Assembly (NCBI GenBank): GCA_964408085.1
Contig: CAYOYB010000004.1
Location: 1,057 to 65,056, forward strand
Source: an uncultured Muribaculaceae bacterium
GTDB lineage: Bacteria; Bacillota_I; Bacilli_A; RF39; UBA660
Direction of reading: 5' to 3'
DNA: 64,000 nt
Position 1 is the first letter of the stretch. Every line of letters begins with the position of its first letter. The notes beneath the pieces are model-generated. The model was not told where the DNA came from, made no database searches, and saw only the letters and a program-made list of their open reading frames with translations. The translations under genes and the position numbers were made by a program. Positions 9,089 to 19,253 of this stretch are shown piece by piece.

Positions 9089-10152
9089 TATTTATAATCT
9101 ATTTTATCCATTTCAACTTGATTAATTGAATCAAACCTTTTTGTTATTTTTTCTGTAGTATTATGAATATCTTTAATATCTTTATTTACTGTTTCAATAC
9201 TTCTAGATAGTTTATCCCAGCGTTCTTTATAACGTTTAAATTCATCAGCTAATAAATTTAATTCCTTATGAATAATAGAAGCATATTTATCTCTTTCAAT
9301 ATTTTTAATTATAACTTGTATAGTTGTCATTGTACTAATTAAAGTAGTTGGAGATGTTATCCAAATTCTTTTTTTATAAGCATACTCAATAATCTCAGAA
9401 TGATATGCATTAATTTCTGCAAAAATAGCCTCTGCTGGTAAAAACATTATTGCTTGATCAGATGTTACTCCTGATATTATATACTTGCTACTAATATCAT
9501 CAATATGCTTTTTCAAATCAGTTTTAAATTTTTTTTCAGCTTGAACTCTTTCTTCAGAACTAATCTTTTTATCAACCATCAAACGATAATTTTCTAAAGG
9601 AAACTTTGAATCAATAGCAACCACCCCTAAAGGGTCTGGTGCAAACAAAACACAATCAGCTATGGTTCCATTAGAAAAAGTATATTGTAATTGATAAACA
9701 TTATCATTTTTTTCACCAAAAACACTACTCATAATATGTTGTAAATTTATTTCTCCAAAAATTCCACGAGATTTTTTATCTGTTAAAATACTTTGTAAAG
9801 AAACAATATCACTAGATAAAGAATCAATTTTTTTCTGAGCTTCATCAATTTTTGAAAGTCTTTCTAAAACAGAAGCAAATGTTTTATTAGTTTTTTCAAA
9901 ATTTTCATCCAATCGCTCATTAACTTTATCATTTATCAAATTTAAACGATTATCCATACGATCAGTTAAAGAATTAAAATCAGTATTTAATGATTTATTT
10001 AACTCAAATTTGAAATCATCTATTTCTTTTATCATATTTGTTTCTAATTTTCCAAGTCTTTCTGTAATATTTGATTCATTTATATTTTTAAATAATGAAA
10101 TTACTGTTAAAATTAGTATTACTATTAATAAAATTATAATTATATAATCCAT
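9088..10152 (-). CDS. rmuC: DNA recombination protein RmuC
   Basis: Start moved to MDYIIII (ATG 10152, AGAGGTGA RBS). N-terminal TM, long coiled coil, and a C-terminal RmuC nuclease-like region (FAPDPLGVVAIDSKFPLENY ... MFLPAEAIFAEI ... ITSPTTL). Confidence 0.85.
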   Translation of the reverse strand: MDYIIIILLIVILILTVISLFKNINESNITERLGKLETNMIKEIDDFKFELNKSLNTDFNSLTDRMDNRLNLINDKVNERLDENFEKTNKTFASVLERLSKIDEAQKKIDSLSSDIVSLQSILTDKKSRGIFGEINLQHIMSSVFGEKNDNVYQLQYTFSNGTIADCVLFAPDPLGVVAIDSKFPLENYRLMVDKKISSEERVQAEKKFKTDLKKHIDDISSKYIISGVTSDQAIMFLPAEAIFAEINAYHSEIIEYAYKKRIWITSPTTLISTMTTIQVIIKNIERDKYASIIHKELNLLADEFKRYKERWDKLSRSIETVNKDIKDIHNTTEKITKRFDSINQVEMDKIDYK

Positions 10153-10295
10153 TTTATCACCTCTTACTATTCTAATTATAATATATATCATAATAAATTA
10201 AAATACCTTTATAAACTAAATATTTACTTTACAAATTATAATTGACTTTTAAAAAAAATAATGTTAATATATAGGCAAGAAAAGAGGGAAAAAAT

Positions 10296-11213
10296 ATGGC
10301 TAGAGTAAATGAATCTCATGAACGACTATTACGTGGATATGATGTTCCTGACAACAATAATAATAATACAACTTCTAATTCTAATTCTGGTAATTCAAAT
10401 AACAGCTGTATAAATTTCTGTTGTACAGGAGATTTTTGGATACCTTTAAAAGAATTTGAAACTATTATATATTCAGATAAATTTGGTAGTCATGCTGGAG
10501 AAATAAAAATTAAAAATGCTAGTTGGATTCCATATGCACAATTCTTTTGGAGAAATACAATCGCTATTGTTGACACAAGACCTAAAACAATAGATTACCC
10601 AAAAAAAGGTTATCTAATAAAGGACCAATTTGAAGCTTCAGTAGATGCATATGTTACATACCAAGTAGTTGATGTAAAAAAATATTATGAGTCATCACAA
10701 AATGTTCTAGAAGAATTAAATCAAAAAGTACAAAGAGTTTTAAGAGGATATTTTGCTTATAAAGAATTCTCAGAATTAAGTGCAAAAACAACTTCACTTA
10801 AAAACGAAATTGGTTCTGAATTAAATCAAGCAACTATGAATATGGGCATCAGAATTACTGATGTGGGCTACACTGAATGTAAATTACCTAAATCATTAAT
10901 AGACGATGCTGAACAAAAAAAAGTACAAGAATTAGCTCATAAAAGACAAAAAAATGAGCTCGCTTTCCAGCAAAATCAAAGTAGAGAAAAACAAGTGTTC
11001 GAAAATAATACTATGGATCCACTCTTAGATGTGCATGAGGGAAACGTAGCAACAAGACAAGCAAAAAGTAGCACAACTAAATTAAAGGCACTTAAGGATG
11101 TAATAAAGGATTTACCACCAGAACAACAAGCAGAAATAATAAAAGCTTATATGTATGCAAATTCTAATGGTAACGTTCACATTGTAAATACAGATTCACA
11201 TAAATCAAAATAA
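10296..11213 (+). CDS. SPFH/band-7 domain protein with Asn/Ser-rich N-terminus
   Basis: 305 aa. The central region (VDAYVTYQVVDVKKYY..., LRGYFAYKEFSEL, GIRITDVGYTECKLPKS) looks like an SPFH fold. No N-terminal TM segment seen. Confidence 0.55.
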   Translation: MARVNESHERLLRGYDVPDNNNNNTTSNSNSGNSNNSCINFCCTGDFWIPLKEFETIIYSDKFGSHAGEIKIKNASWIPYAQFFWRNTIAIVDTRPKTIDYPKKGYLIKDQFEASVDAYVTYQVVDVKKYYESSQNVLEELNQKVQRVLRGYFAYKEFSELSAKTTSLKNEIGSELNQATMNMGIRITDVGYTECKLPKSLIDDAEQKKVQELAHKRQKNELAFQQNQSREKQVFENNTMDPLLDVHEGNVATRQAKSSTTKLKALKDVIKDLPPEQQAEIIKAYMYANSNGNVHIVNTDSHKSK

Positions 11214-11235
11214 AAGCCTTCATTTTGAAGACTTT

Positions 11236-11523
11236 TTATTTATACAATATCCAGCTTTCATATCCACCATCAATACTAGCAACATTAAATCCTTGTTTTA
11301 ATAAAATATCACAAATATTTTCACTTGATAAGCCCTTTTGACAGTAAAGATAGTATTTTTCATTTTTATCCAAAAATTGATTAGGATTAATAATTAATTT
11401 TTCCATTGGAATATTTTTAGCATTAGGGATATGATTATTATTATAACTTTGAATACTTCTAATATCAATAATATTAATTTGATCAATTATTGGCATCAAA
11501 TCATTTATTGAAACTCTATTCAA
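11236..11523 (-). CDS. single-domain rhodanese-like sulfurtransferase
   Basis: 95 aa. IIDIRS...HIPNAKNIP and an active-site loop YLYCQKGLSS. Confidence 0.8.
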   Translation of the reverse strand: MNRVSINDLMPIIDQINIIDIRSIQSYNNNHIPNAKNIPMEKLIINPNQFLDKNEKYYLYCQKGLSSENICDILLKQGFNVASIDGGYESWILYK

Positions 11524-11690
11524 TTAAATCACCCTAATATAATATATGTAAAAATAAAATTTGCGCAATTACGTTTAACTATGCATTTTATCTATTATTA
11601 GCCATATAAAATTATTTTCTATCCTTTTTTATAACCTTAGAAAACATTTACTTTTTTATTTCAATCTATACCTTTAATAATTCATTTATA

Positions 11691-11725
11691 ATACAAAAAT
11701 AATCTCATTTAATATAAATGGGATT
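11691..11725 (-). terminator. candidate intrinsic terminator at the end of the T4SS cluster
   Basis: On the - strand, AAUCCCAUUU-AUAUU-AAAUGAGAUU forms 9 of 10 bp (one C.A mismatch) followed by AUUUUUGUAU. It sits about 25 nt after the coupling-protein stop. Confidence 0.4.
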
Positions 11726-11748
11726 ATTTTAATTTATTAAAACTAATA

Positions 11749-13941
11749 CTATTCGTCATCACTAAAGAAATCATCAAAGAATTGATCATCTGATACATCA
11801 TTAATCTTAACATTACTATCTTGAATAGACTTATCATCTATTATTTTTGGTAATTCCTTTGGTATTACAGCATCTTTTTTCTCTTCTAACTTAATATCAG
11901 GGTTAGAATCTTTATCAATGCTAGAATTTTCATTAGCTTTTTTAGCAGCTTCACGTTTTTCTTCTTCTTCTATTTCTGCTATTTTAGCATCTAATTTTTT
12001 AATTATATCATCAACATTAAAGCCACCATTTGGCATACCACCATTGCCAAACAAACCTGGCATACCATTATTAGGATTAGGATTCATGTTAGAATTCATA
12101 TTAGGATTCATATTATTTCGCATTCCATCAAACATTGGAGGAACAGGCATTCCTGGGTTAAATCCACCTGGCATATTAGGCATTCCAAACATATTGCCTC
12201 CACCCATTCCATTCATCATATTTTCATTAAATTTATCGTTGACATATTTCTTTAAATCAAACAAATGAATACTTTCCTTTTCTCTAATTGGATAATCGGC
12301 TTTTCCATAGGTCTTACCCCAAGAATTTTCTTTTTCCATCAACCAATTAGGTGTTAATTTTGTTTTAAAAGGCATCATTCTAATACGTAATACAACCATA
12401 CTCCACTGAGGTAATCTTTGTAAGTCACTAACTGTAACTAAAGGTGTTGAAGCTGTTTTATCTTTTTCCTTAGATTTTTCTTCACCACACATTTTACTTA
12501 ATTCTTCTAAAGCAGCAAGCTCACTACTAATTAAATAAACAATATTACCACAGTTACCTTTTATTGTTTCACCATTTTCTTTACCATATACTTGATATAA
12601 CTGAGCAAAGTTTTGGATAATAAAACTAAATCTAATTGCTCTACTTCTAGCAGCTGTTACCATAGTTGTAACATCTTTAAGTGGCGGCATATTAGCAAAT
12701 TCATCCAAGATAAAATTTGTTCTAAATGGCAATTTTCCACCTGATTCTTGAGCAACATCAATTAGGGTTTCATATACTTGCTTAATAAATATTGTAACTA
12801 AAGAGTGATAAGTCTTCTTTTCATCTTGAACAACAATAAATACTGCTGTTTTCTCACGACCAATATCTTTCATATCAAAATCGCTATGTGATAACATTTC
12901 AGATAAATTCTCTCTTGAAGAGAAAAGTTTTATTTTTTGCTTAAATACCGACAAAATCGAACCTTTAGTATCTGAAGGTGCCAATAAAGTACTAGAAACA
13001 TTAACATAAGCTGGAGAAGCTTGATCTTTATAACTAAAGTATTGTTTCATATAAGTAGAATTTCTAAATTTTTCTTCCCCAACTGTTGTCATTAAATTGA
13101 TTGTATTTAAATTTATTTCTTCTTCTTTAGCATCATCAAATAATGCTAAAGCTAAACCAGCAAAATAATCTGCTGAAGTTTTTTCCCAGAATGGATCTGC
13201 ATTTTGTGATTTTTCATCATACAAAATATTCATTGCTAAATCGTCCAATAACTCATTGGCTTTATCAGAATTACCTGATTTATATAAAGAATATGGTAAT
13301 GATAAAGGATTCCAACAATTTCCTTTTTGTGGATCACGGAAATTAAGCAATACAATCTTATAGCCACGTTCTCTTAATTCATTAGCATTATTTTCATATA
13401 TTTCACCTTTGGGATCAGTTATAATCATTGATTGGTTACTTTTAGCTAAACATTTAACCATTGGTTGAACGGTCATTTGAGTTTTTCCAGAGCCTGTTGA
13501 ACCAATTATTAAATTGTGATATTCACCATCATCTACCCAAATTTCTTTTCCATTATTAATAAGTGGTATACCACCATAAGACGAATTTTCATCACCTGGC
13601 AATACCATTTTCAATTCTCGTTTCATCTCTTTTTCCTTAGCCCAACGAGAATAACCTTTATCTGCTTTATCCTTTACCTCAAAACCAATACCCTTCTCTC
13701 GATTAAAAATAGTAGAAGATACACCCATAATAATTACAATTAAAATAATTAAGAAAGCTATCATTGTTTTGGGCAAATTTTCACCTATAAAAGCTGGAAT
13801 AGGATTAAAACCAGCTATTTCACCCTTTGTTGCTAAACTATTAATATTAAGCACAGCAATAGCTACAAAATACAATAAAACGATAGCAAAAGTGCCAAAA
13901 GCGACCATATCTTTTGGTGTTGCTCTAAACTTAAGCTTCAT
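11749..13941 (-). CDS. VirD4/TraG-type type IV coupling protein (T4CP) with low-complexity C-terminal tail
   Basis: 730 aa. Two N-terminal TM helices. Walker A is LIIGSTGSGKTQ, followed by ITDPKGE. Walker B-like FILDEFANMPPL. The C-terminus has a 74-aa Met/Asn/Pro/Gly-rich stretch and an acidic end, DDQFFDDFFSDDE. Confidence 0.85.
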   Translation of the reverse strand: MKLKFRATPKDMVAFGTFAIVLLYFVAIAVLNINSLATKGEIAGFNPIPAFIGENLPKTMIAFLIILIVIIMGVSSTIFNREKGIGFEVKDKADKGYSRWAKEKEMKRELKMVLPGDENSSYGGIPLINNGKEIWVDDGEYHNLIIGSTGSGKTQMTVQPMVKCLAKSNQSMIITDPKGEIYENNANELRERGYKIVLLNFRDPQKGNCWNPLSLPYSLYKSGNSDKANELLDDLAMNILYDEKSQNADPFWEKTSADYFAGLALALFDDAKEEEINLNTINLMTTVGEEKFRNSTYMKQYFSYKDQASPAYVNVSSTLLAPSDTKGSILSVFKQKIKLFSSRENLSEMLSHSDFDMKDIGREKTAVFIVVQDEKKTYHSLVTIFIKQVYETLIDVAQESGGKLPFRTNFILDEFANMPPLKDVTTMVTAARSRAIRFSFIIQNFAQLYQVYGKENGETIKGNCGNIVYLISSELAALEELSKMCGEEKSKEKDKTASTPLVTVSDLQRLPQWSMVVLRIRMMPFKTKLTPNWLMEKENSWGKTYGKADYPIREKESIHLFDLKKYVNDKFNENMMNGMGGGNMFGMPNMPGGFNPGMPVPPMFDGMRNNMNPNMNSNMNPNPNNGMPGLFGNGGMPNGGFNVDDIIKKLDAKIAEIEEEEKREAAKKANENSSIDKDSNPDIKLEEKKDAVIPKELPKIIDDKSIQDSNVKINDVSDDQFFDDFFSDDE

Positions 13942-13954
13942 AAATTCACTTCCT

Positions 13955-14668
13955 TTAAATTTGATTATTTTGCTTACGAATATTATTAAATCTAATAATC
14001 ACTATTATAAGAACTATTATAATCAATGAACTAATTATAATAGCCGTTTTATTTCTAAATAAAGTATTCTGTAACATTATATCACTTCTAACCTTATCTG
14101 ACAAATTAAACTCTATTTTTTTTGTTAAATCAGAAGATTTTAAATACCAAGTATAAACATTATTTTTTTCATCAACTTCATCGGCATTATGACTATTCAC
14201 AACATTATAAAATTTTATATTAACTTTTATTTGATCAATATTGTATCTATATACTGCCTCAAGTGGAGTTGAAAAAACTGCATTGCGATAATAATCACCA
14301 AAAGTAGAAAATGAATAAAATTTATTATCATCAATAATCTTAGCACTCTCAAATAATCTAGTATATATTTTACTATTAATATACTGCTCAACACTATTAT
14401 ACGAGTTTTTTACATTTAAACCTGATTGATTATCATCATAAACTCTTTCATATTTATAGTCAGTACCAATAAAATTTTCTTGTTCACGCTCATATAAAAA
14501 TTCGTCAACACTGCCAGCATATTTAAGCATGTTACTATTATCTTCCAAAAATGTTACTTCTTCTATTACTCGTTTTTTATTATCAATAGTTAAATTATAC
14601 TCAACATCACAACCTGTAAAGATAACCGTAAATAAAATCAGTATAACAAATTTTTTTAACTTACTCAT
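13955..14668 (-). CDS. lipoprotein with C-terminal TM anchor, T4SS-associated, function unknown
   Basis: Lipobox FTVIFTGC at the N-terminus and a hydrophobic helix (AIIISSLIIIVLIIVII) near the C-terminus. Packed between the hydrolase and T4CP genes. Confidence 0.6.
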   Translation of the reverse strand: MSKLKKFVILILFTVIFTGCDVEYNLTIDNKKRVIEEVTFLEDNSNMLKYAGSVDEFLYEREQENFIGTDYKYERVYDDNQSGLNVKNSYNSVEQYINSKIYTRLFESAKIIDDNKFYSFSTFGDYYRNAVFSTPLEAVYRYNIDQIKVNIKFYNVVNSHNADEVDEKNNVYTWYLKSSDLTKKIEFNLSDKVRSDIMLQNTLFRNKTAIIISSLIIIVLIIVIIRFNNIRKQNNQI

Positions 14669-14671
14669 ATT

Positions 14672-16894
14672 TTATCCTCCAAAGTTCATATCAAATAAGA
14701 GCGCCGGATTAATCGCATATGCACTAGAACTGGTATTATCTTGTCTAATTTCCAAATGTAAATGGTTTCCTATTGAATAACCTGTATTTCCAACTTGACC
14801 AAGTAAAGTTCCAGCTGAAATAGTTTGTCCAACAGATATATCCGCAGTCGAACTCATATGTCCATAAATAACATAATAATTGTGACCATCTCCAGTATTA
14901 TAACGAATATAAACTCTATTTCCAAAGCCTCCACCGCAACTTGTATCTCCTACAGTACACCAATCAACAACATCAGCTACAACTCCATCAGAAATAGAAT
15001 AAATAGAAGTACCTTGCGGAGCTGCATAATCAATCGCATTATGGTGCTCATCACCTCTTACCTCCCCATACTGACTAGATATATAAAAACTTCCAGTTGG
15101 TAAAGGGGAAAATGTAACATTTAAACTAGCGTCAGGAATGACATTTCCAATTGCATCTTCAAGTTTTCCACCATTTTTAACAGAATCCAATACTTGATTA
15201 ATTTGTTCAGGTGTCAGTGTTATTACTTGACCATTAACTTTAATCGTTCTTCCTCTACTATTCGCTATAGAAGTATTAAGATTAGCCAAATACTTATACA
15301 TTTTTGAATCAGCTTTAAAAGCATCATATATCTCTTTACCAGTTTCATATATGCTATTATCTCCATTAACTTCAGCACTACTATGATTAAATCCACTTTC
15401 CTTATAAACTTGTGTACGAGCAACAATCATTAATGCTCTTAACCTTTCATCAACATTATTGCCACTGTCAACAATTTCCTGTATTTCATTCTTATACTTA
15501 GCTAATGCATATAATAAAACATAATCATCAAAACTAATGGAATTACCATCGGCATCAATAACAACACTTGCCTTTGATTCGTTACTAGCTACAATTTCTG
15601 CAACTTTTTTTTCTATTTTATCTTTACCATATGTTAATTCATAATAATTTTCAACCATATTCATAATATCAGTAGCTGTTTTACGACGATTTTTTCGTTC
15701 TTTTTCAACAATTTCTTTATCAAAAGATGATAATATTTCATCAGCTAATGCTTTTAAAGTACCACTATTATACATAGTCAAATTATCAGCAAATGATAAT
15801 ATATAATTAATTTTTCCTCTTAAATTATCATTATTATCATACTCATTAGCATTATTATAAACTTTATAAGTTTCCTTTAAATTATTAACTATATAACCAT
15901 CATAATAAAAATGTTTAGTACTTGTATCAGCCAATCTTCCTAAAATAAATAAGGTAAGAGCATCGCGAACATTATCCAAAAAATCAGTAAATCGTTGATA
16001 AATACCAGCAAATACTGTAAATTGAGAAAAGTAATTAGTAATGCTACTTGCTACATCAAGCACTTCATTTACAGTTCCAACGGTTTGGCCTATCACATTA
16101 TTTGGCAACACCAAAAAACCAGGCTCAACATCTGTATCAATTTTTTTATCCTCTACGCATAATAATGGTGACATTGAAGGACTACAATCAATTAAAAAAT
16201 CAGTAACTATATTGTATTCAGCAATCAAGTATCCCCTATAACACTGTTCTTCTGTTTCTTTATTATTTTTCGTTAAAAGCGCACATCTTTTTAAAGCAGC
16301 AGCATTAACAAGCATATTTTTATTAGCCTCTACATACTGACTTTGTCCTCCATAAGTTGAAAAAAATCCTCTCTGATAATTAGTAGCAATATTTTTTATA
16401 AAAGACCAAAAAGTAGATTTACCACCAGATATATCTATTATAATTTTACTGGCATCAATATCATCATCCTTTTCTGGTTTTTCACTTAAATAAACTCTCT
16501 CTTCATTACTACCTTCATATAATAGCGTTTGATTTATTATACTTAATTCATAATTATCAAATTTAAACACTTTCTTATAAAGATCTAACATGTCGAAGAA
16601 CTTACCTTCTTCATCCTTTTCTAAATCTTGATTAGTTTTAAATCCATATAAAGATATAGCATTACCTATTCTTTCTCCCCATTTAGTAGAGTCATCTAAA
16701 ATTTCATCAATTTGTTCTAGTGTTCCAAAATAAACACACAAAATAACAATGAAAATTACCGCACCTATTAATATATACGGTAAAATCGTGCCAATAGCAG
16801 TTATTATGGCTGTTTTAATAGGAGCCGTAGCTGCTTTTAACATAGTCTTGGCTCCTAATTTAGCTAACTCTTTTCCATTGTCATTTTGTTCCAT
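14672..16894 (-). CDS. membrane-anchored cell-wall hydrolase with C-terminal M23 peptidase domain (VirB1-function analogue)
   Basis: 740 aa. N-terminal TM region. C-terminal HHNAIDYAAPQGTSIYSISDGVV ... GNTGYSIGNHLHLEIR (HxxxD ... HxH, the M23/LytM signature). Confidence 0.85.
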   Translation of the reverse strand: MEQNDNGKELAKLGAKTMLKAATAPIKTAIITAIGTILPYILIGAVIFIVILCVYFGTLEQIDEILDDSTKWGERIGNAISLYGFKTNQDLEKDEEGKFFDMLDLYKKVFKFDNYELSIINQTLLYEGSNEERVYLSEKPEKDDDIDASKIIIDISGGKSTFWSFIKNIATNYQRGFFSTYGGQSQYVEANKNMLVNAAALKRCALLTKNNKETEEQCYRGYLIAEYNIVTDFLIDCSPSMSPLLCVEDKKIDTDVEPGFLVLPNNVIGQTVGTVNEVLDVASSITNYFSQFTVFAGIYQRFTDFLDNVRDALTLFILGRLADTSTKHFYYDGYIVNNLKETYKVYNNANEYDNNDNLRGKINYILSFADNLTMYNSGTLKALADEILSSFDKEIVEKERKNRRKTATDIMNMVENYYELTYGKDKIEKKVAEIVASNESKASVVIDADGNSISFDDYVLLYALAKYKNEIQEIVDSGNNVDERLRALMIVARTQVYKESGFNHSSAEVNGDNSIYETGKEIYDAFKADSKMYKYLANLNTSIANSRGRTIKVNGQVITLTPEQINQVLDSVKNGGKLEDAIGNVIPDASLNVTFSPLPTGSFYISSQYGEVRGDEHHNAIDYAAPQGTSIYSISDGVVADVVDWCTVGDTSCGGGFGNRVYIRYNTGDGHNYYVIYGHMSSTADISVGQTISAGTLLGQVGNTGYSIGNHLHLEIRQDNTSSSAYAINPALLFDMNFGG

Positions 16895-16918
16895 TTATAA
16901 TCACCACCAATACTGGTA

Positions 16919-18703
16919 TTAGTAACCTCCACCACTACCAAATGAATCTAATTCTTGCTCTGTTACGACAACATTTATTCGCATACGTCTACTACCACAT
17001 ACAAATAATGCTTCACCTTGATTATATCTCTTAATACTTTCTTTTTCATTTTCATTTAAATCTATTAATTTAGCTAAATCTTCAACAGCTTGTTTTTTTA
17101 GCCCCATAATTAAATAATAAGATGCATTATCAAAAATTGCTTTACCTTGAGTTATTACATTATGATCACTAAAATCACTAGGTTGCTGAGTAATAATAAT
17201 TGTTCCAGTATTATATTTACGAGCACGTCTTTGAATTTGCGCTAAAAAGTCTGCTCCTAAAGTATTACTTCCACTAAGTAGAACATGAGCTTCATCAACT
17301 GTTAATACAGTATTTATTGATCTATCTAAAGTAAGACCCCATGCATATTTTAAAATATTAAAGAATAAAGCATTTCTTATATTTGTATCAGCATTCATAA
17401 GTTCCCTTATATTAAATACAATAAACTGACTATTAGAAGAAATAGTTGTATGACCATCAAAATAGTATTTTAATTCTTTAGTAATTGGTCTAATCTTAAT
17501 CTCCAATTTTTCTAAAATATCTTTTTCATGACTTTGTTCTGGCATTGATAAAATTCTACCTTTAATTGTCGCATAAACATCCCTAAATGTTGGATAATCT
17601 TCTGATTTAAATTTTGTAAAATCAGTATCAAAATTCATACCAAAACGTCTATAAGTATCTTGGACAACCTCACTAAACATTGTTAAAACATCTTCTTCTA
17701 TATTAGGATCATAATATTTAAGAAAAGCTTTTATTGTTTGTAAAGTTCTAGTTAAAACAGTATATCCTAAACCTTCTTTAACCTCGTCTTCATCGGCATC
17801 TAAAACAACCTCTAGTGGATTAATCATACCATATTCTCCACCTTTTCCTAGGTCAATGAAATCACCATCATACATAGCTGCCATTTCTTCGAATTCACCT
17901 TCAGGGTCAATAATAACAATTTGGCAGTTATTTCTAATATGTGAACGTAATATCAATTTAGCTGCTGTTGACTTTCCAGAACCAGAAGTACCAAGAATTA
18001 TCAAATTAGCGTTATTACGATTGTGCTCCTTCTTTATTTGAAATAAGAATTGATTAAATAAAATAACACCACCTGAGAAATCAACACCCAATAAAGTAGC
18101 AAGACCTGGATCCTTAATACTATCAAAAATAAATGGATACATAGCTGCCATTGTTGGTGTTGGAATAGGTGTACCAATTCTTTCTTCTATATCTTGTTTA
18201 GGGAAGATAGGAATCATCGATTTTAATACTTTTTCCTGTTCAAATCTTAACGGAAAAGCTTTAAGTTCCATTGCTTCTAAATAATTTCGAACTTGGAACT
18301 TCTTACTTGTTAATTCTTCAGCTGAATCAGCAGTTATCATAATATGCATTTGAAAATCATAAATTTTTGATTGACTTGCCGCAATTTGTGAAATAAATTG
18401 TTCCAAAGATTCATAATCTTGCCTAATTCTTTCTTGAATTGTTTTATCATTTTCTTCATGATATCTTTGTTTTAAATCAGCTATTTCCTTATTTAACATT
18501 TTTCTTAAAATATCAAAAGGTAATGGCAAATGTTTAATAACAACCTTTATACCAGACATACTTGTCAATGACGACAAATAGCCAGGCTCAATATATTTAG
18601 GATATGATACAACTGTCATAATACAAGCGTGTTTATCACTAATAATAAAATCAGAAGCTTTAAATTCTAGTCCCTTAGGAGCTATTTGACTCTTAATATC
18701 CAT
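16919..18703 (-). CDS. VirB4-family T4SS ATPase, C-terminal 594-aa part (ATPase domain)
   Basis: Walker A is ILGTSGSGKSTAAK. Also IIDPEGEF, Walker B LTVDEAHVLL and RRARKYNTGTIIITQQPSDF. The start overlaps the preceding ORF by 11 nt. Confidence 0.9.
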   Translation of the reverse strand: MDIKSQIAPKGLEFKASDFIISDKHACIMTVVSYPKYIEPGYLSSLTSMSGIKVVIKHLPLPFDILRKMLNKEIADLKQRYHEENDKTIQERIRQDYESLEQFISQIAASQSKIYDFQMHIMITADSAEELTSKKFQVRNYLEAMELKAFPLRFEQEKVLKSMIPIFPKQDIEERIGTPIPTPTMAAMYPFIFDSIKDPGLATLLGVDFSGGVILFNQFLFQIKKEHNRNNANLIILGTSGSGKSTAAKLILRSHIRNNCQIVIIDPEGEFEEMAAMYDGDFIDLGKGGEYGMINPLEVVLDADEDEVKEGLGYTVLTRTLQTIKAFLKYYDPNIEEDVLTMFSEVVQDTYRRFGMNFDTDFTKFKSEDYPTFRDVYATIKGRILSMPEQSHEKDILEKLEIKIRPITKELKYYFDGHTTISSNSQFIVFNIRELMNADTNIRNALFFNILKYAWGLTLDRSINTVLTVDEAHVLLSGSNTLGADFLAQIQRRARKYNTGTIIITQQPSDFSDHNVITQGKAIFDNASYYLIMGLKKQAVEDLAKLIDLNENEKESIKRYNQGEALFVCGSRRMRINVVVTEQELDSFGSGGGY

Positions 18704-19253
18704 CGCTCATCACCGTCCCAAATGTCGTTGTTTGACCTCCATTTAAGAAATTATCTAAAACCATTCTTAAATCATCATTAGAGGTTTGCATTGTAGTTAA
18801 ACCTGCATTAGCAAAATTATTAATTAAATTTCTAATACGTTTTTGAATTACTTCAATATCTTTGTGTTTAAATAAAAGGAAATATTCTGTATCAACTACA
18901 TTGTTATTCATAAACATATTAGCTTTTTGAATATCTTGTGTAATTAACTTCCTTTTAGCTTGACTAGTAACTGAATTATATAAAAGTTGAAGTTGTGATA
19001 AATATACATGAATATCAACTGGACGATCTGCTACAATTATCCAAAACTCATAATCAATCATATTATATACATTTTTTAAATTCGAAATAATAATATCTTG
19101 AGCTTCTTGCTCCAAAATGAATATATTTCTAGGTCTAATTTTAACCCCCGAAACTTTCAAATTATCCTCTAAAATAATCATACCATTTGTTATACTTTTG
19201 ATAGGAACAAAAGCTTCATTAGTATACTTACTTTTTGAATTTGTTGACTTCAT
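18693..19253 (-). CDS. 186-aa protein resembling the N-terminal domain of Gram-positive VirB4 (split gene)
   Basis: The sequence FVPIKSITNGMIILEDNLKVSGVKIRPRNIFILEQEAQDIIISNLKNVYNMIDYEFWIIVADRPVDI resembles, from memory, the N-terminal region of TrsE/Orf16-type VirB4 proteins. Its stop overlaps the next ORF's start (GATGGATATTAA). Confidence 0.6.
   Translation of the reverse strand: MKSTNSKSKYTNEAFVPIKSITNGMIILEDNLKVSGVKIRPRNIFILEQEAQDIIISNLKNVYNMIDYEFWIIVADRPVDIHVYLSQLQLLYNSVTSQAKRKLITQDIQKANMFMNNNVVDTEYFLLFKHKDIEVIQKRIRNLINNFANAGLTTMQTSNDDLRMVLDNFLNGGQTTTFGTVMSDGY

Noticed and set aside
11524-11748. Possible small RNA in the 225-bp gap between the rhodanese gene and the coupling-protein gene
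   Set aside because: The hairpin at 11701-11725 pairs slightly better on the + strand (a G.U pair instead of a C.A mismatch). However, I found no convincing + strand promoter or conserved structure, so it is kept only as a low-confidence terminator for the - strand cluster.
11918-12268. 116-aa Pro/Gly/Ile-rich ORF on the + strand
   Set aside because: It is exactly antisense to the Met/Asn/Pro/Gly low-complexity tail of the coupling protein, so it is a compositional mirror artefact.
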